Assembly: GCF_006345805.1 (NCBI RefSeq)
Contig: NC_043000.1
Location: 145,700,001 to 145,764,000, forward strand
Source of the DNA: Octopus sinensis
Taxonomy: Eukaryota
DNA: 64,000 bases
Reading direction: 5' to 3'
Below the pieces are notes generated by a model. It did not search any database. It saw nothing but the letters and a program-made list of their open reading frames with translations, and was not told where the DNA came from. Position numbers and translations under genes: made by a program. Every line of letters starts with the position of its first letter. Position 1 is the stretch's first letter. Shown here in pieces: positions 29,604 through 43,714 of the stretch.

Positions 29604-30470
29604 ATATATATATATATATTATATATAAATATACTATACATATACATATATGTATATGTGTGTGTCTTGTGTAGCATTCGTTTACGCATTGCCTCACACC
29701 GCGCAGATATTTTATATGTTAACTCTCTCTCTCTCTGTCGCTGCATCTATCTCATTCTTTTTTTCCTCTCTCTATACGATATACAGCGTGCCTCAAGACA
29801 TCACTCAACCAACGAAAGTTTATATATACTGGCTATGATTACACAGAGATTTATATTCATAATTTCGTATCATATACATTGCGCTGGATATAAATATAAT
29901 ATAAGCGTTACTTGTCCCATAAAACTGATATTGGAATTACATAATCATGTCTTCAATGAAAACAGGTAGGCCTGAGTGTGAAACTAAGCACCCTAGTCTA
30001 CCTGCTCCAATTCAGCACACACACACACACTTACACGCACGCACGCACACACACACACACATACTCATACACATAAATACAGAGCTTTTGCAGTATATTG
30101 CAGATGTATTCGTATGAAGTTTATGGTATCTTATTAACAGTACTCTAGGTTTAAACGAATACGCATAAATATAATGTAAGTGAAAAACTCATTGAACAAT
30201 TTACAACGTAGACTTCACACCGAATAATAGCTGGAGACAAAGTTTGTTTCTAACACAACAAAGTGAGATGTTAATTTCATAGCTTTAAACGAAACTTAAT
30301 AACTGTTACGGAGAAAATGAGGAAAAGCAAAGAATAGTATAAAATGTTTCCAACAATTCTCCTAAATATATGCAAATAACAAAAAAAAAACCTACAACTA
30401 CAGATATTTCTAAACATTCTACAATATCTTACAAGCAGCAGAATACTAACAGAAAGCATGTATGTCTTTA

Positions 30471-30680
30471 AGGCGGCGAGCTGGGAGAAACGTTAGCAGG
30501 CCGGCGAAATGCTTAGCAGTATTTCGTCTGCCGTCATGTTCTGAGATCAAATTCCGCCGAGGTCGACTTTGCCTTTCATCCTTTCAGGGTCGATAAATTA
30601 AGTAACAGTTACGCACTGCGGTCTGTCCTTGTGTGCTTCCTCTATGTTTATCCCCTTGTGGGCTATAAAGAAATAAGAAA
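30471..30680 (+). mobile_element. SINE family A with internal deletion
   Basis: Head GGCGGCGAGCTGGGAGAAACGTTAGCA, B-box-like GAGATCAAATTCC, core, tail ...TAAAGAAATA. Confidence 0.85.
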
Positions 30681-30900
30681 GCATATATGTCTTAATCATA
30701 TAGGGGGAGGAAGAAAAAATAATCCATTATATAAGAAATTATTTTGCTGAGCCCCAAAATATTTTCTACGAGGGAAGACATTTTCTGGCCGAAAACTGAA
30801 TGCTAAAGTAGCCACTCAATCTGAAGAACGGAGATGTAGAATATCGGGATTTTAGAAATGCACATTTGATAATGAAACAATATTGAAATAATGTCGCACG

Positions 30901-31260
30901 CCAGGTGGTATTTCGTCTGCCGCTACGTTCTGAGTTCAAATTCCGCCGATGTCGAATTTGCCTTTCATCATTTCGAGTTCGATTAAATAAGTACTAGTTA
31001 CGCACTGGGGCCGATATAATCGACTTAATCCGTTTGTCTGTCCTTGTTTGTCCTCTCTGTGTTTAGCCCCTCGTAGGTAGTAAAGAAATAGGTATTTCGT
31101 TAGCCGTTACGTTCTCAGTTCAAATTCTGCCGAGATCGACTTCGCCTTTCATTCATTCGGGGTTGATTAAATGATTATATACTAGGATCGATGTAATCGA
31201 CTCAATACCTTTGTCTGTCCTTGCTTCTCCCCTCCAAGATTAGCCTCCAGTGCGCAATAA
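30901..31260 (+). mobile_element. SINE family A, two tandem 5'-truncated units
   Basis: Both units start at GGTATTTCGT; junction TAAAGAAATA|GGTATTTCG at 31081-31099. Confidence 0.85.
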
Positions 31261-31830
31261 ATAAATAATTAATTATCCAAGCAATATCCTGACGCAAAGT
31301 TTTTGGCCAAATTTTTTAATTGCTATTTGACACCCCAAAATAAAATTGAAAAATCAATGTGTTACGGTTAATGGTGTTCTCCATCTTAAGGATCAACAAT
31401 CTAAGGCAGAGTTTGGATACCGTTATTCTTTTATAATGTCAAGCAGAGTAAAAAGGAAATAGCGTTTTGATCCATGAAGTATTTGTACCGGATCCTTCCA
31501 TAGTTCGAATTTTTTAAACCATTCTTTTGTACCTCTCAAATGCTTCAATAAAGTAACACATTTATTCATGAAGGTGCCCCGAATTAACTCATAAATTATA
31601 TGTAAAATGATATATATTTGTGTGGAATTACATTGTTTCGTCATATTTCAATACATTCTGAATGAATGATATCGTTATATTAGATCATTGTAAATTTAGG
31701 TAGACTTGAAAAAGTAAGGAAACGTCATTCCCATATGTTCTCACAGTACCTGACTTTTGTGTGAGTGAGTGTGTGTGTGTGTATCCCTCCATCCATGCTT
31801 CTTTCCATCTATCCATCCATCCATCCATCC

Positions 31831-31867
<37 letters not shown>

Positions 31868-33639
31868 CCTATGCACACCTGTGTAAGTTCTACCAATTGT
31901 TAATGATGAATATATATAATAGATTGACTCTTTAAAAAAGAGAGTACATGCAATAAAAGTTAAAATATTTACTAAGCAATGAGCACTACTATACAAAGCA
32001 ATATTTAGGCGTAAAATGTCATAAAAATTATTAGAATCAGGAATCAAATGTGAAAATATTATCAAGTAACAAGCAGAAAACCGCCTGGAAGGCGGTCTTT
32101 CTGCTAATATATATAATGTATACGCACATTTCAGATCGAGAAAATAAATACAGTATATAAATTCTAAATGTAATGGTAAATACCGCCCACGCACGCACAC
32201 GTGCGCATTATCGCAACTACCATATATGTGCACAGAGAGAGAGAATAGTTGAAAGCGATGGAAGAAGATGATATAAATAAATAGAAAGAGAGAGAGTGAG
32301 ACAGACGGATTCATATGTATAAACGAATATACATATGCATAGATGTGAATTATTGACGCACACATAATACTATAAATGTCACATGGTGTAACGCGCTGGC
32401 TCATTTCAGATTTCGTCATCAATTTACAAGCCAAATAACTATCACATTTATTGGCACATTCCCTTGAAACTTGATTTCATTAATTCTCGCCAATGATCTG
32501 TTTAACTGTTTGGAAAATTTAACTTGAATCAAATCAACTTTACTGGTCTGCTGACATAAGTGGTTGTATTGTTTGATTTCTTGAATTATTCTTAAAGCGT
32601 TTTCTTCTAAATGAATATAGTAGACCATTTGTGTTATACACACGCACGCACGCACGCACACACACACACACACACACACATACACACACACATACGTACA
32701 CATACATACAGGGATATTCTCAATAAGATTAGAGTTTTAAACGAAATGCATGTGCAAGCATAATGATTAAATACAATAACCTTAGAGGCAGAATAATACT
32801 GTAATCAGTCAATGTTCTATATGTATATATATATATATAAGAGTTCGAATATATTTTCGCTCTTAATCTTCGTAATGTCGTAAAAATACATAATCATATA
32901 TTACATCCCCACTACATATTTAAAACTTTTTAAAGCTTGTATATATATATATATGTGTGTGTGTGTGTGGTTTTCTTAGTATAGAAATTGTCGGTTTTGT
33001 GTTTTGGTGTTCACAAAATAAATTGGTTAGTTTGCTCTATATGTTTCTTACTATTTGTTCATTGTTCTACAAGCAATTTGATCCGTATAGAAGTTTTAAC
33101 CATTGTGTTTATGGGGCTTGTGTGTTTGTTTATAAATACTTCTTCAATACTACTTCAAACGTGGGCATTATAAAATGTGTTATTTTAGGTCTATGGATAT
33201 ATACAAAAGCTGCGCATTATAAAGTAGGTGTATGTAATCAAGTATTAAAATACGAATTTTGAAAAAATATTTAAAAATTTAGAATTTAAAAAGTTAAAAT
33301 TTATCAAAGGAAAGAGACACAAAATAAAAACAAAATCAAACAAAAGGGACATAACTTATTTGTATACAAAAATACTTTTTATATGAGTGTACGTAGGTTT
33401 GTGTTATTATATTAGAAGACCTTCTGTAAATGGAACTTTTAGATAATTTGTTAAGTATTTGTTTAGTGTAAAGAAATGAAAGTGCATTTTCATTGTATAT
33501 TATAGTAATAGTTTACGGTGTAGGTGAGGCATCGACATGTTTACCCATTAGAAAAAATATTGGTTTGAAATGTTTTTAATAATTTATGCTTGAATGAAGA
33601 TATTACATCAGCGTTTAGATTCAGAATTTGGTCAATTAC

Positions 33640-33860
33640 TGTTAGAATATGATAGGTTTCATTAGTACAAAATTGGCAGGGCTTGTTGTTACCCTAGTCT
33701 CGTTGTTGATCTGAAAGTATTCCCCACATGATGTTATACGTTTGGATAGTGGCGTATAATTTTTCCGATTGCGAAAACCTTGCGCGTATTGATGTATTGA
33801 TTGTAATATGTCTTGAAATATTTGCTGTACATCCCACATACGTAGATATAGTAAGTAACT
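33640..33860 (-). mobile_element. Penelope-like element, decayed GIY-YIG C-terminus
   Basis: Broken translation YVGCTAN ... FRNRKNYTPLSKRI ... KPCQFCTNETYHIL, resembling the YIG-T...SF...T-LSK-I...C-LC--EK pattern. Confidence 0.55.
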
Positions 33861-35829
33861 GACACAGTGTTTGTGGTTAGTGCTTGCGCTAAATACGAAA
33901 TATTGTTTTTTTTTTTTTTTTAGAGGCCAGGGTGAAAATTTTCTACAATTACACTTGTTATTCCGTGTATGATGTGTTTTCCCTTTTAAACTATTTTCGG
34001 TGATTGTAATTGGCTACAGTTTTTCAATACATACTCACTCATACATATAAGTGTGTGTGTTAGCGCATCTCCTTAATAATTGCCTCCAGCACTTTCATTC
34101 TGTTCCTACAAATCACAGTTCTCTGCCCCTTCAACCACCTTCACGTTGACCCTGTCACTTGTTGTTTGTTGCAAAATTTACCAATCCCTTATCCTTAATT
34201 TGTACACGTAACGTCTGCATAGCTGTTGACATTGTGCGTATGGTGCGGATGCATTATGGGTGTGGAGAATGTCAACCATCCCTTTGAATACAGTGGCTGC
34301 TCCTATCCCAATATATCACTTCTCTCTGTTGCACAATTCTTTGGTTTGGTGTCTTGCGTCGATACCGTCGCTCGGCAAGATCTCAGATATATCTGTAACA
34401 GCGGACAAAGAACCTTAGCCCATGAAATAAGGAAAGTTGAAAATATTACTGAATGCTTCCTTTTAGGAAGTGTTATGAAGCCGGGTCTCACGCTATTTAC
34501 AGATGTGTTTTGTTGGTGCTGGTACCGTTGTCGATGCTCCTGCATCAGTTGTTCCGGTTTTATTGATGTTGTGGCACTTAATACTGTGTACCATTATAAT
34601 TTTAATTATTTTTCTACAGCTATTGTTGCTGCTGTTTCTGATATGATGTCAGCAAGAGTCGGGCTTACTTTATGTCGTTTCTTCATGCTCCGAGAACCTC
34701 AAATTATATTAACACTTCGCAAGTGCCATTTGGTTTTTTCTACTATCCATAATTACCCATAGCTACATTAGGCTTACGGTTATGATGGAGTCATTTATTT
34801 TTTATCATTTCCAGATTTTGGTTATGTGTTTATCATCATACCAGTACACGTCTCTTGGCTTTTCTACTCCAAATCATCCACTTTATCACCTCTTATAAAA
34901 TTTCTCCGTCATCATAATTCAATTTTCGGGGAATTCATTTATTCACGTGGGAAGTCATTAGCAGCAATTCATTATCTTTAGCCAAAAGTTACTCATATTC
35001 ATTCAAATGTCACTCTTTTTTTTGGTATGTCTATGGATTACATTAGCAATACAATGTGTTTTGCTTTGAAAGCAACTCTAATTTATATTTAATGTGTTAA
35101 CTGTTTTCATGATCTCTGCTCGTACTAATTAATGTAACCTCTGTCTTTCCCATGAATGCTTCTTCGGGTGTGTTTTTTTTTCCTCATCATGTCTATAACT
35201 ACATTATTTGAAACACGTATTTGCTATTTAGCAGAAATTGTAATTGTGCTTGATGCTCTGTTGTTGCTCTTCGTGATCCTTGCAGTCCCTCACTGTCGTG
35301 GAAACAGCTGAATTACTGCGATGGGCAGAAGTAATGACTGTCAAGGTGCAGCGCTCTCATATAACAGTAAATCCACTGCTCATTAGATAATTATCTGTCG
35401 TTTTACTGCTACTTTAACTAGGTCTGAAACGTAGGAATTAAATGTTGAAGATAAACAATCTCCTTTCGTTCTTGACACCTTGTGCATTTCAGTTCTTAAG
35501 GGTGTTGTAGCTGTTGATACTGCTATTGATTTACGACTGTTGTTTCTGTTATTTTAATTCTTGTTATTATTGCTTCTGTAAGCGTAATCTTCGTATAACG
35601 TCTCAGTAGATTTCACGGTTTTTTCTCCGAAAGATGAAACGATGTTTATTTCATTATTTGCACTCTCAGTACCACCTCCCACTGTGTATATGTGTGTGTA
35701 ATAGGCATTTGTATATGAAAGCATGTGCCTCTATTTTTATGTTCGTGCTTAATGTTGTATATGTAAATATATACGTAATTGTGTTTGTCTACGTTGAGTA
35801 AGGGTTAATTATAGATTTGTGAGATTTCA

Positions 35830-36190
35830 ATGAATTTCAAATTTTGTAAACAATTTAGAATGCTGTATTAAACCGAGTTGATTAAGAACCAGAGGATCGG
35901 TGAAATATGAGAGTTTTAGCGACGCATGTGGCACACAGTAACCTGAGTACACCTTTACCAGTAATTCTATAGTTTTTTTTAATTTCTTGTTTAAGCAGTT
36001 CAAGTAATAGTCCTTGAAAAGTTTGTACAGGTTTTCCGTTTTATCTGACAGAACCTGCATACTATCCATGGTATTAATTTCCTTAGTGATGTTGTGAAGA
36101 TACCTCAGATGTTTATTCCTTAGCGGTGAACGGTGAAATTTTAGATTTCTCACAAAAGACCATAGATCATCTTCAAATTTGAACATTGAT
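35830..36190 (-). mobile_element. Penelope-like element, decayed region N-terminal to RT
   Basis: ORF 35827-36186 FEDDLWSFVRNLKFH...VLSDKTENLYKL matches the FE-DL..IKF...ADKT-N-Y pattern of PLE ORFs. Confidence 0.6.
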
Positions 36191-38886
36191 TTTCTTCTTA
36201 CATTTCACTTCCACTAGATATATTTCTCCAAGACTTTAGGCTTTTATTTAATTCATATATCGTTCTATATTTGTCATTTATTTGGTTTCTGCTTTTTACT
36301 TTCCGTTATCCCTCCTCTTTCTATAGACCACGTTTGACGTTATGTCCACTTACGTTTTGAGATAAAATCGTATGTTCCTGTCGTCAGTTTAGAAATAACA
36401 GTGTCGTGAACATCAGTGCGTAAAGAAATTGACGTGAGCGTATTCATCAATATGAAGATAGAAGAATGTGGCAACACATTAATGGATTCTGTGTCAGTGG
36501 TGTTGTTAAAAAGGAACTTTCAGTCGCTGTTAGTAGCACTTTTAATGCCGGAGTTAAACCCCTACATGCTATAAACTATTATCTTACGGAAGAAACCAGC
36601 AAATTGAATTTTTTGCAAAACGAGAGCATAGAAGTTTTCACCCTGTTCTGATGTTGCAACAAATGTTACAAGAAATCCTACTGACAATGAACATACCTGA
36701 CTGCTCTAAATTCTATTGTCAGTAGACTTTATTGCTTGCTCTAGGGGCAATGAAATCGTTTTGCATATACCATTTATATCAGCGTTGGAATTTAAGGCTA
36801 TCCAGAAAGAAACTATTATTTTTTAGCAAAGTCTTTATAAATCAGTTGATGATTCGAAAATGGATGTATTGCATAATGTTTAAACGGATTTTATTTCAGC
36901 CCACAATTTGTTGCTAGCGGTAGAGATTTCAATACAACTATAGGCTTAAGAGATTAAAACAACTTTCATTAAGATTCAGTGGAGTTTTCCATGTCGTCAC
37001 GAACAATACAACTTTTATGAAACCTTCATGGAACTTTTATGAAGTCGAATTTCGTCTTTTGAATATACAAATGCTGATCGTATTTAGAAACAGTTACGGA
37101 AATTCATGAAACGCTGAAAAGCTTTAGTCTTTTATTTGCATTGAATAGTATCTCAGAATAGTGTCAACCAAGGTGAAACGAGATAAAATAATTGTCATAT
37201 AATTAAAACGCATTCCGCTAAATATACCAAAATAAATACAATTAGTAGAAAGAAACGGAAATCCCGAATGACTATTATAGTAGCACCCATTAAGAAACGG
37301 TAATTCAACTTGCTTGATTATTTTAAACGTCTTCAAATAGAAACGTTAACTCCCTCAGAAGAATTATAAGCATCGAGCACTATTAATTTAGATAACTTGA
37401 TAGTGCAAATAAAACCAATAGTCTTTGAATGAAATCAGAAATATACTGAATCCTCTTAACATTAATAAAGCAGTCATATCAGAAGTCCTCCAACTCGTAT
37501 TATCAAATTATTTGTTACATGCAATTGTATATGTCTCTCATTTAAGAGAGACACTATTTAGAGAGACACTATATGTCGCTCATTTAAGAAAGACACAAAC
37601 AATTCTAGCCCCAAAGAATAGCAGATTTTATGCATGACAACGTCTGTTGCTGATAATTTGTGCAAAATATCATATAGCTTGTGTCGCTCTTACACAATCA
37701 AAACGAATATAAGAAGGTATAAGCATAATGCTCTTTCCGATAAGAAAACCTTGAGGCAAACAGCAATTCGCGAAGACACCAAAAAAATAGTTCATTGCAG
37801 TTTAAATATTTTCGGACTCTGAGAATGTTTTCCAATCTATTTACGAATTTTAATTGTTTGATCTGTCACATTGTATCTTATGCTCAATACAAAATTAATT
37901 TCAATAAGAAACTTAACAGTTGTATAAAATCCACATTTATTGATTTTAGGGTATAGATCATTACTGCAATTTCAGGCATTTTCAAGATCATACTTTAACG
38001 TACTTTATTTTCATATATTTCTAATGATAATATAGAAGTAATATCAGGTGATAAGCAAATAGGGCCGTTTTTCTGTTTGGTGCAAGACAATTATCATCGT
38101 ATCAATCTGCATTAAAACGGAAGCAGATTTTGCAACCGTTTCGCATTAAGTACATATTTCCTACATAAGGCATATCTGCTAATATTTCTCGAACGAGTAA
38201 CACTCTACGATTAGCTCTATCCATAATACCAAGACACGCACTGTAGGCATCTTTGTTTTCAGCACAATTCCTTGACCAACAATATTCTAAACTCTGCGAC
38301 AAATGTTAAATACCGAAGATCACATGTGATGAGCTCGGAATAGGATTTAGTCACATGAAAGAAAATATTACTTTCGCATGTGACAAATACCGTTGATTTC
38401 TGCATAAGATTTAAATATACATATGTAGACCGTATGAATACGTGTAATTAGTGCTTTATTTGAAGCCAGTTCTCTTCTATGATTCAGAAATATTGAAACT
38501 TACCACAAGATTTCAAGTGATTAAATGGTTGTTACGATCGACGTTTACACGGAGTAAAACTTCTTTTAAAGAAAATATAGTGTGGTTATGTGGAATAAAA
38601 GTTAATGTAATGCATTATCCTCATAAATTAGTCTTTAAAAACCTAGACAAAATGTCGGAAGGCACTCTCAAGTTCTCTCAATAAAATGTCAGCCAGACAC
38701 CAGTAATAATATCGTATGGCAATGTCGGTTCTGAGCTCAGTGTGTGAGCGGTGTGTGTTGTTTGGGATGTGTGTCATCTGGATTGGGGTTGAAAAATATA
38801 AGTTGAAGCTAAAACATTAATTCAGAGGAGAACGAATATATTCGCTTCAGATGAATAGGTCCTTATATATATATATATGTGTGTGG

Positions 38887-38944
<58 letters not shown>

Positions 38945-39591
38945 TGTGTATGTGTGTGTGTATGTGTGTGTGTGTGTGTATATATCAGTTGAATAAAGAT
39001 AAAACATGGTCTGGTTTTCACGTTTTCATTATACTATTTTAAACATTTAATATTTTTGCAATGTTGAAGTGGGTTAAACATTACAAAAACATCTTGTATT
39101 GTTCATAAAGTTCAATTACCGCTTTCATACGTTCGTAGTAATCATCAAATAACAAAATGAATTTATCTGACAGTTGACAATTGTAGTAAAATGATAAAAT
39201 TTTCTTCCTTTTTATACTTCTTCTTAGAACGCTCCATTAGCTGACTTTTTGGAATGCGGTTTTGACAGGTAAGGAAGGAAGGGAGAAAGTCTACAATTAC
39301 GAGTGAGGGGACGAGAGGGGGGAAGAGAGGAGGTTTGAATGCTAGAAATGGTATAGGAGCTCGAGAAATAGAGAAAGGAGACAGAGTCGCAAATATATAT
39401 AAAAACTTAGTGGACAAAAGTCAGTTACTCAATAAATGAACGACGCATTAAATATTTAAAAAAAGTACACGTGGGACAGACACATAAGGACCCTAATTCT
39501 TTTTCAGTTATCAAGCGAGATACTAACACACATTTTCATGCTTTGTTGATTAGACTGAGAACTTCGCACTAAACATAAAACATACAGAAAC

Positions 39592-39630
<39 letters not shown>

Positions 39631-39652
39631 CACACACACAACCACGTAGACA

Positions 39653-39725
<73 letters not shown>

Positions 39726-39978
39726 ACAGAGAGAGAGAGAGAGAGAAAGAGAGAGAAACATTTCTGTTTGTTTTTATGTTTAGTCATAAAAACAAAATTT
39801 ACATTAATCTGACAGGTTACTGAATACATTTAAAAGTAAAAATTTATTCTTAAGCAAAAAATACAACTGACAGTGACATCTTTGTTTCGGTCAGTTAAGT
39901 AGCCTGACGGTGGCTTAACTGACCGAAATTTCAAAGTCAACAATATTCTTGCTTAAAAATATATATATACATACATAC

Positions 39979-40008
<30 letters not shown>

Positions 40009-40009
<1 letters not shown>

Positions 40010-40377
40010 CTCTTATATAAACGGCAGTTTGTCTGTGCGTGCTTCTGTGTGTCTGTTTGCTTGTACCCTCACCTGACCACGGCTTTCAACCGATTCTGAT
40101 GAAACTTGACACACACATAGCCAATGTCATAATTCAAAACTAACGCAGCGAAATTTTGAAAAGTTCCCCCAGTTCTGAAAAAATCGATAAATTCGACATG
40201 GGGTCGAGAATCATAAACACAAACTGTCTAGGGGACGCAACTCCACCTTTTTTAATTTAAAATAAAAAATTTACCATCATTTTTTCCATTTTTTTGCTAT
40301 TTTTGGGCTATAACTCTCTAAAAATGCTTTATAGTTATTTCCCTTACAAACCTGAGCAACGCCGGGCGATACTGCTA

Positions 40378-40378
<1 letters not shown>
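40009..40378 (+). mobile_element. Non-autonomous Helitron
   Basis: 5' TC, 3' CTAG (40375-40378) preceded by a GC-rich subterminal hairpin-like CCTGAGCAACGCCGGG; inserted between A and T within (TA)n; no TSD. Confidence 0.8.
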
Positions 40379-40439
<61 letters not shown>

Positions 40440-40869
40440 GTGTGTGTGTATATATATAGGAGAAATGGTGACTATTTGGCTGCAATTTCTAATATTTTCG
40501 GTATGTGGTTTTGAGCAACTTGTTGCAATTAAACCTTTATTATAATTAATATAATCCATACCAAATATGGTCTTTTCCATACCGATAAAACTACTAGGTG
40601 AAATTTATTAATTTTATTAAATTAATTATATTTCGCCCTTTTTGTATATATATATTTATTTATTTATTAATTTAAATATTTATTAATTTAATTTTTTAAA
40701 TTTTAACTTTAATTTAAATATTTTAATTGGATTTTTATATTTTATATTTTATATTTTTTATTATTTTAATTAATTTTATTTCTATGTATTGGCTTATGAT
40801 TTTCACTGTTTGATTTGCCTAATAGTGGTTTTATCTCTAATTTAATATTAAATATATATATATATAATA

Positions 40870-41170
40870 GGCGTCGGAACGGGTGTGTGGTAAGTAGCTT
40901 GCTTACCCTGTCAACCGGGTTGCGGGTTCAGTCCCACTGCGTGGTACCTTGAGCCTCGGGCCGACCAAATCATTGTGAGTGGATTTGGTAGACGGGAACT
41001 GAAAGAATCCCGTCGTATATATGTTTATATATACTTAGCGCTTCGGCAAAAGAGACCGATAGTATAAGTACTAGGCTTACAAAGAATAAGTCCTGGTGTC
41101 GATTTGCTCAACTAAAGGCGGTGCTCCAGCTTGGCAACAGTCAAATGACTGAAACAAGTAAAAAAAAGAG
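40870..41170 (+). mobile_element. SINE family B with internal deletions
   Basis: tRNA-like head (TGTGTGGTAAG...GGGTTCAGTCCC), body GTGGATTTGGTAGACGG.AACTGAAAGAA, tail GGCGGTGCTCCAGC..GGC..CAGTCAAATGACTGAAACAAGTAAAA. Confidence 0.85.
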
Positions 41171-41171
41171 C

Positions 41172-41203
<32 letters not shown>

Positions 41204-41651
41204 CCCTACAAGCATACACACATACACACATGCATGCATGCTTAGAGAAGAGAAGGGTGTTAGAGAAGGAGAAAGGAAGACATATATAGGCATAAAGTTG
41301 TGTATTATTTCTTTAATCAAAGATCGGGTCATTAGTAATTATTAATGAATCCTGAGAATATTCGTATCAGACATTCATGTACAAAATTTCTAACACGAAG
41401 GTATTATAACCGAAAACAAAACTGATGCACTGACTGGCTCACACAAATTGGCCAGTCAGTACATTTAATTAATACAGATAATTAATACATTGAGTAAACG
41501 TTTATGTGACTATCGAAAAATGTAGAAAAATAGACGTGTTTATAATGCACCAAGTTTGAAATTGAAATAAAATAGGGTGAGAGTTTCTAGGTATAGCAGG
41601 GTAATCTCTATCAATTACACAGTCTTAGACAGAAAAAAACCTCTACATATC

Positions 41652-41888
41652 GATTTCTTTACTACCCACAAGGGGCTAAATACAGAGGAGACAATCAAGG
41701 GCAGACAAACAGATTAAGTTGATTACATCGACCCCAGTGCGTAACTGGTATTTAATTTATCGATCCCGAAAGGATGAAAGGCAAAGTCGACCTCGGTGGA
41801 ATTTGAACTCAGAACGTAACGGCAGACGAAATACGGCTACGTATTTCGCCCGGCGTCCTAACGTGTCTGCCAGCTCGCCGCCTTAAAT
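41652..41888 (-). mobile_element. SINE family A, full-length monomer
   Basis: Complete head-core-tail; perfect 12-bp TSD CCTCTACATATC (41640-41651, 41889-41900). Confidence 0.92.
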
Positions 41889-42406
41889 CCTCTACATATC
41901 ATGACATAGCACTAAAGTTTGGTGCAGAAATGAATTTAATTTTGGTTATATGTTTCCTCAATCGGCACTGAGACAGCAACTAGGGAAAAGCAATAACTAA
42001 AACTGTAAGATTCGGCGAAAATATGACCTCATTTGCAACGAAACCTAAAAAAAAATGTAAAATATATTCAAAGCTAAAATGTTTTAGACGCAAAATATTC
42101 CTAAATCACTCACTACAAAATCATAGTAATCTCAACTGTCATAAAACGTTAAAAAGTCTTGATTTGTGGTGAGATATAATGAATATTTGTTGTTCCAACC
42201 AAAATATAAAAGGGTCATAAAATCATAAGACAATGATTAATATAGTGTGCTCAAACACAAGAATGGTTGTACATTCAATCATAAACGTCGACATCAAAAA
42301 ATGTTAACCTAACTACATAATTGCGGACACCACTAGACATATGTGTGTGTCTGTGTGTGTGCATCTGTGCGTATGTGTGTTTACACACACAAGTATATAT
42401 ATATAT

Positions 42407-42453
<47 letters not shown>

Positions 42454-42455
<2 letters not shown>

Positions 42456-42863
42456 CTCTTTTACTCTTTTACTTGTTTCAGTCATTTGACTGCGGCCATG
42501 CTGGAACACCACCTTTAGTCGAGCAAAATCGATCCCAGGACTTATTCTTTGTAAGCCCAGTACTTATTCTATTGGTCTCTTTTGCCGAACCGCTAGGTTA
42601 CGGGGACGTAAACACACAAGCATCTGTTGTCAAGCGATGTTGGGGAGGAGGGCAAACGCAGACACACAAACACACACACATTTATATAAAAACATATACA
42701 TATATGCGACGGGATTCTTTCAGTTTCCGTCTACCAAATCCACTGAAAGGCTTTGGTCGGCCCGAGGCTATCGTAGAAAACACTTGACCAAAGTGCCATG
42801 CAGTGGGACTGAACCCGGAACCATATGGTTGGTAAGCAAGCTACTTATCCCCTCCCCAGTGCC
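42454..42863 (-). mobile_element. SINE family B, near full-length, with internal microsatellite
   Basis: Colinear with 48839-49276; (GTAAAAGA)n tail. Confidence 0.88.
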
Positions 42864-43557
42864 TATTCTGTTAACGGTTATGTGAGTAGCGAAAAATGCG
42901 GAAAAACGTGTTTATAATGCACCCAAGCTTTAAATTGAAAGAAAAATGGGCTAGATTTTCTAGGTATAGCAGACTATAGTGTATGTATATATATACTATT
43001 GGTTTTAAAACATGAACCGGAAAACATGGGGTTTTAAAACATGGAAAAACATGGGGTTGATGTAATCGACTTAATACCTATGTCTGTCTTTGTTTGTCCC
43101 CTCTATGTTTAGCCCCTTGTGGGTAATAAAGAAATAGGTATGGATTTTGACGTTTCATAGTGTCGTAATTCGCCCGAAAGATTCAAAATGTATTTTTTTA
43201 ATTTTGAGAAACAAAGAAATTAATTATAACGAATACAGGAGAACAAAACAAGCACTGGTTTTTGATTGATGTTTTAATCGTCCAGAATGATTTACGCCAA
43301 TACAGATTAAAAACAGTCAGACGGTGAGAATTTCTGTCAGTGGTGGTAACTGATTTAGTCGTTTTTAGCTGTTTGCGCCTCGGTTTTTCTTGACATGTTC
43401 GTATATGCCCTTCAGAGTGAATGCATCATACTTACTTTTACTATGTTTTTGTGTATCTGTGCATGTGTGTCGTAAGGGACCTTGCGTATGCGTGTTTTGT
43501 GTATAAGTGAGGTCTAGAAACTATGTTTGTGCGTTGTTTTATGTGGTATTGTTTATG

Positions 43558-43714
43558 TTTTATGTTTTCCAGTTTCAGCTCTTGAGCTGTGGCCATGCTG
43601 GGGCACCGCCATTAAGTGGAGCTTTTAGGTGTTTTCGCTCAATAAACACACACAACGCCCGGTCTGGGAATTGAAACCGCGAGTCCGCTGCCCTAACGAC
43701 TGGGCCATTGCGCC
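43558..43714 (-). mobile_element. SINE family C (tRNA head) with family B/LINE-type tail
   Basis: Head GGCGCAATGGCCCAGTCGTTAGGGCAGCGGACTCGCGGTTTCAATTCCC (A and B boxes); tail GGCGGTGCCCCAGCATGGCCACAGCTCAAGAGCTGAA. Confidence 0.8.

Noticed and set aside
31865-32434. 189-aa minus-strand ORF
   Set aside because: Composition mirrors AT-rich and simple-repeat DNA; no motifs and no convincing splice sites.
34060-35700. 178-aa plus ORF (34226-34762) and possible decayed Tx1-like ORF1 on the minus strand
   Set aside because: The plus ORF has no motifs. The minus-strand resemblance (V.VVEG, T/N-rich stretches) lacks an intact zinc knuckle and is too weak to call.
36354-36488. 135-nt phase 1-1 open frame ending at gtaagt
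   Set aside because: Lies against a Penelope remnant, weak acceptor, unrecognisable peptide; plausible by chance.
43660-43714. tRNA-like sequence with A and B boxes (also the heads of SINE A and B)
   Set aside because: These are SINE heads: no complete cloverleaf, and they run directly into repeat bodies.
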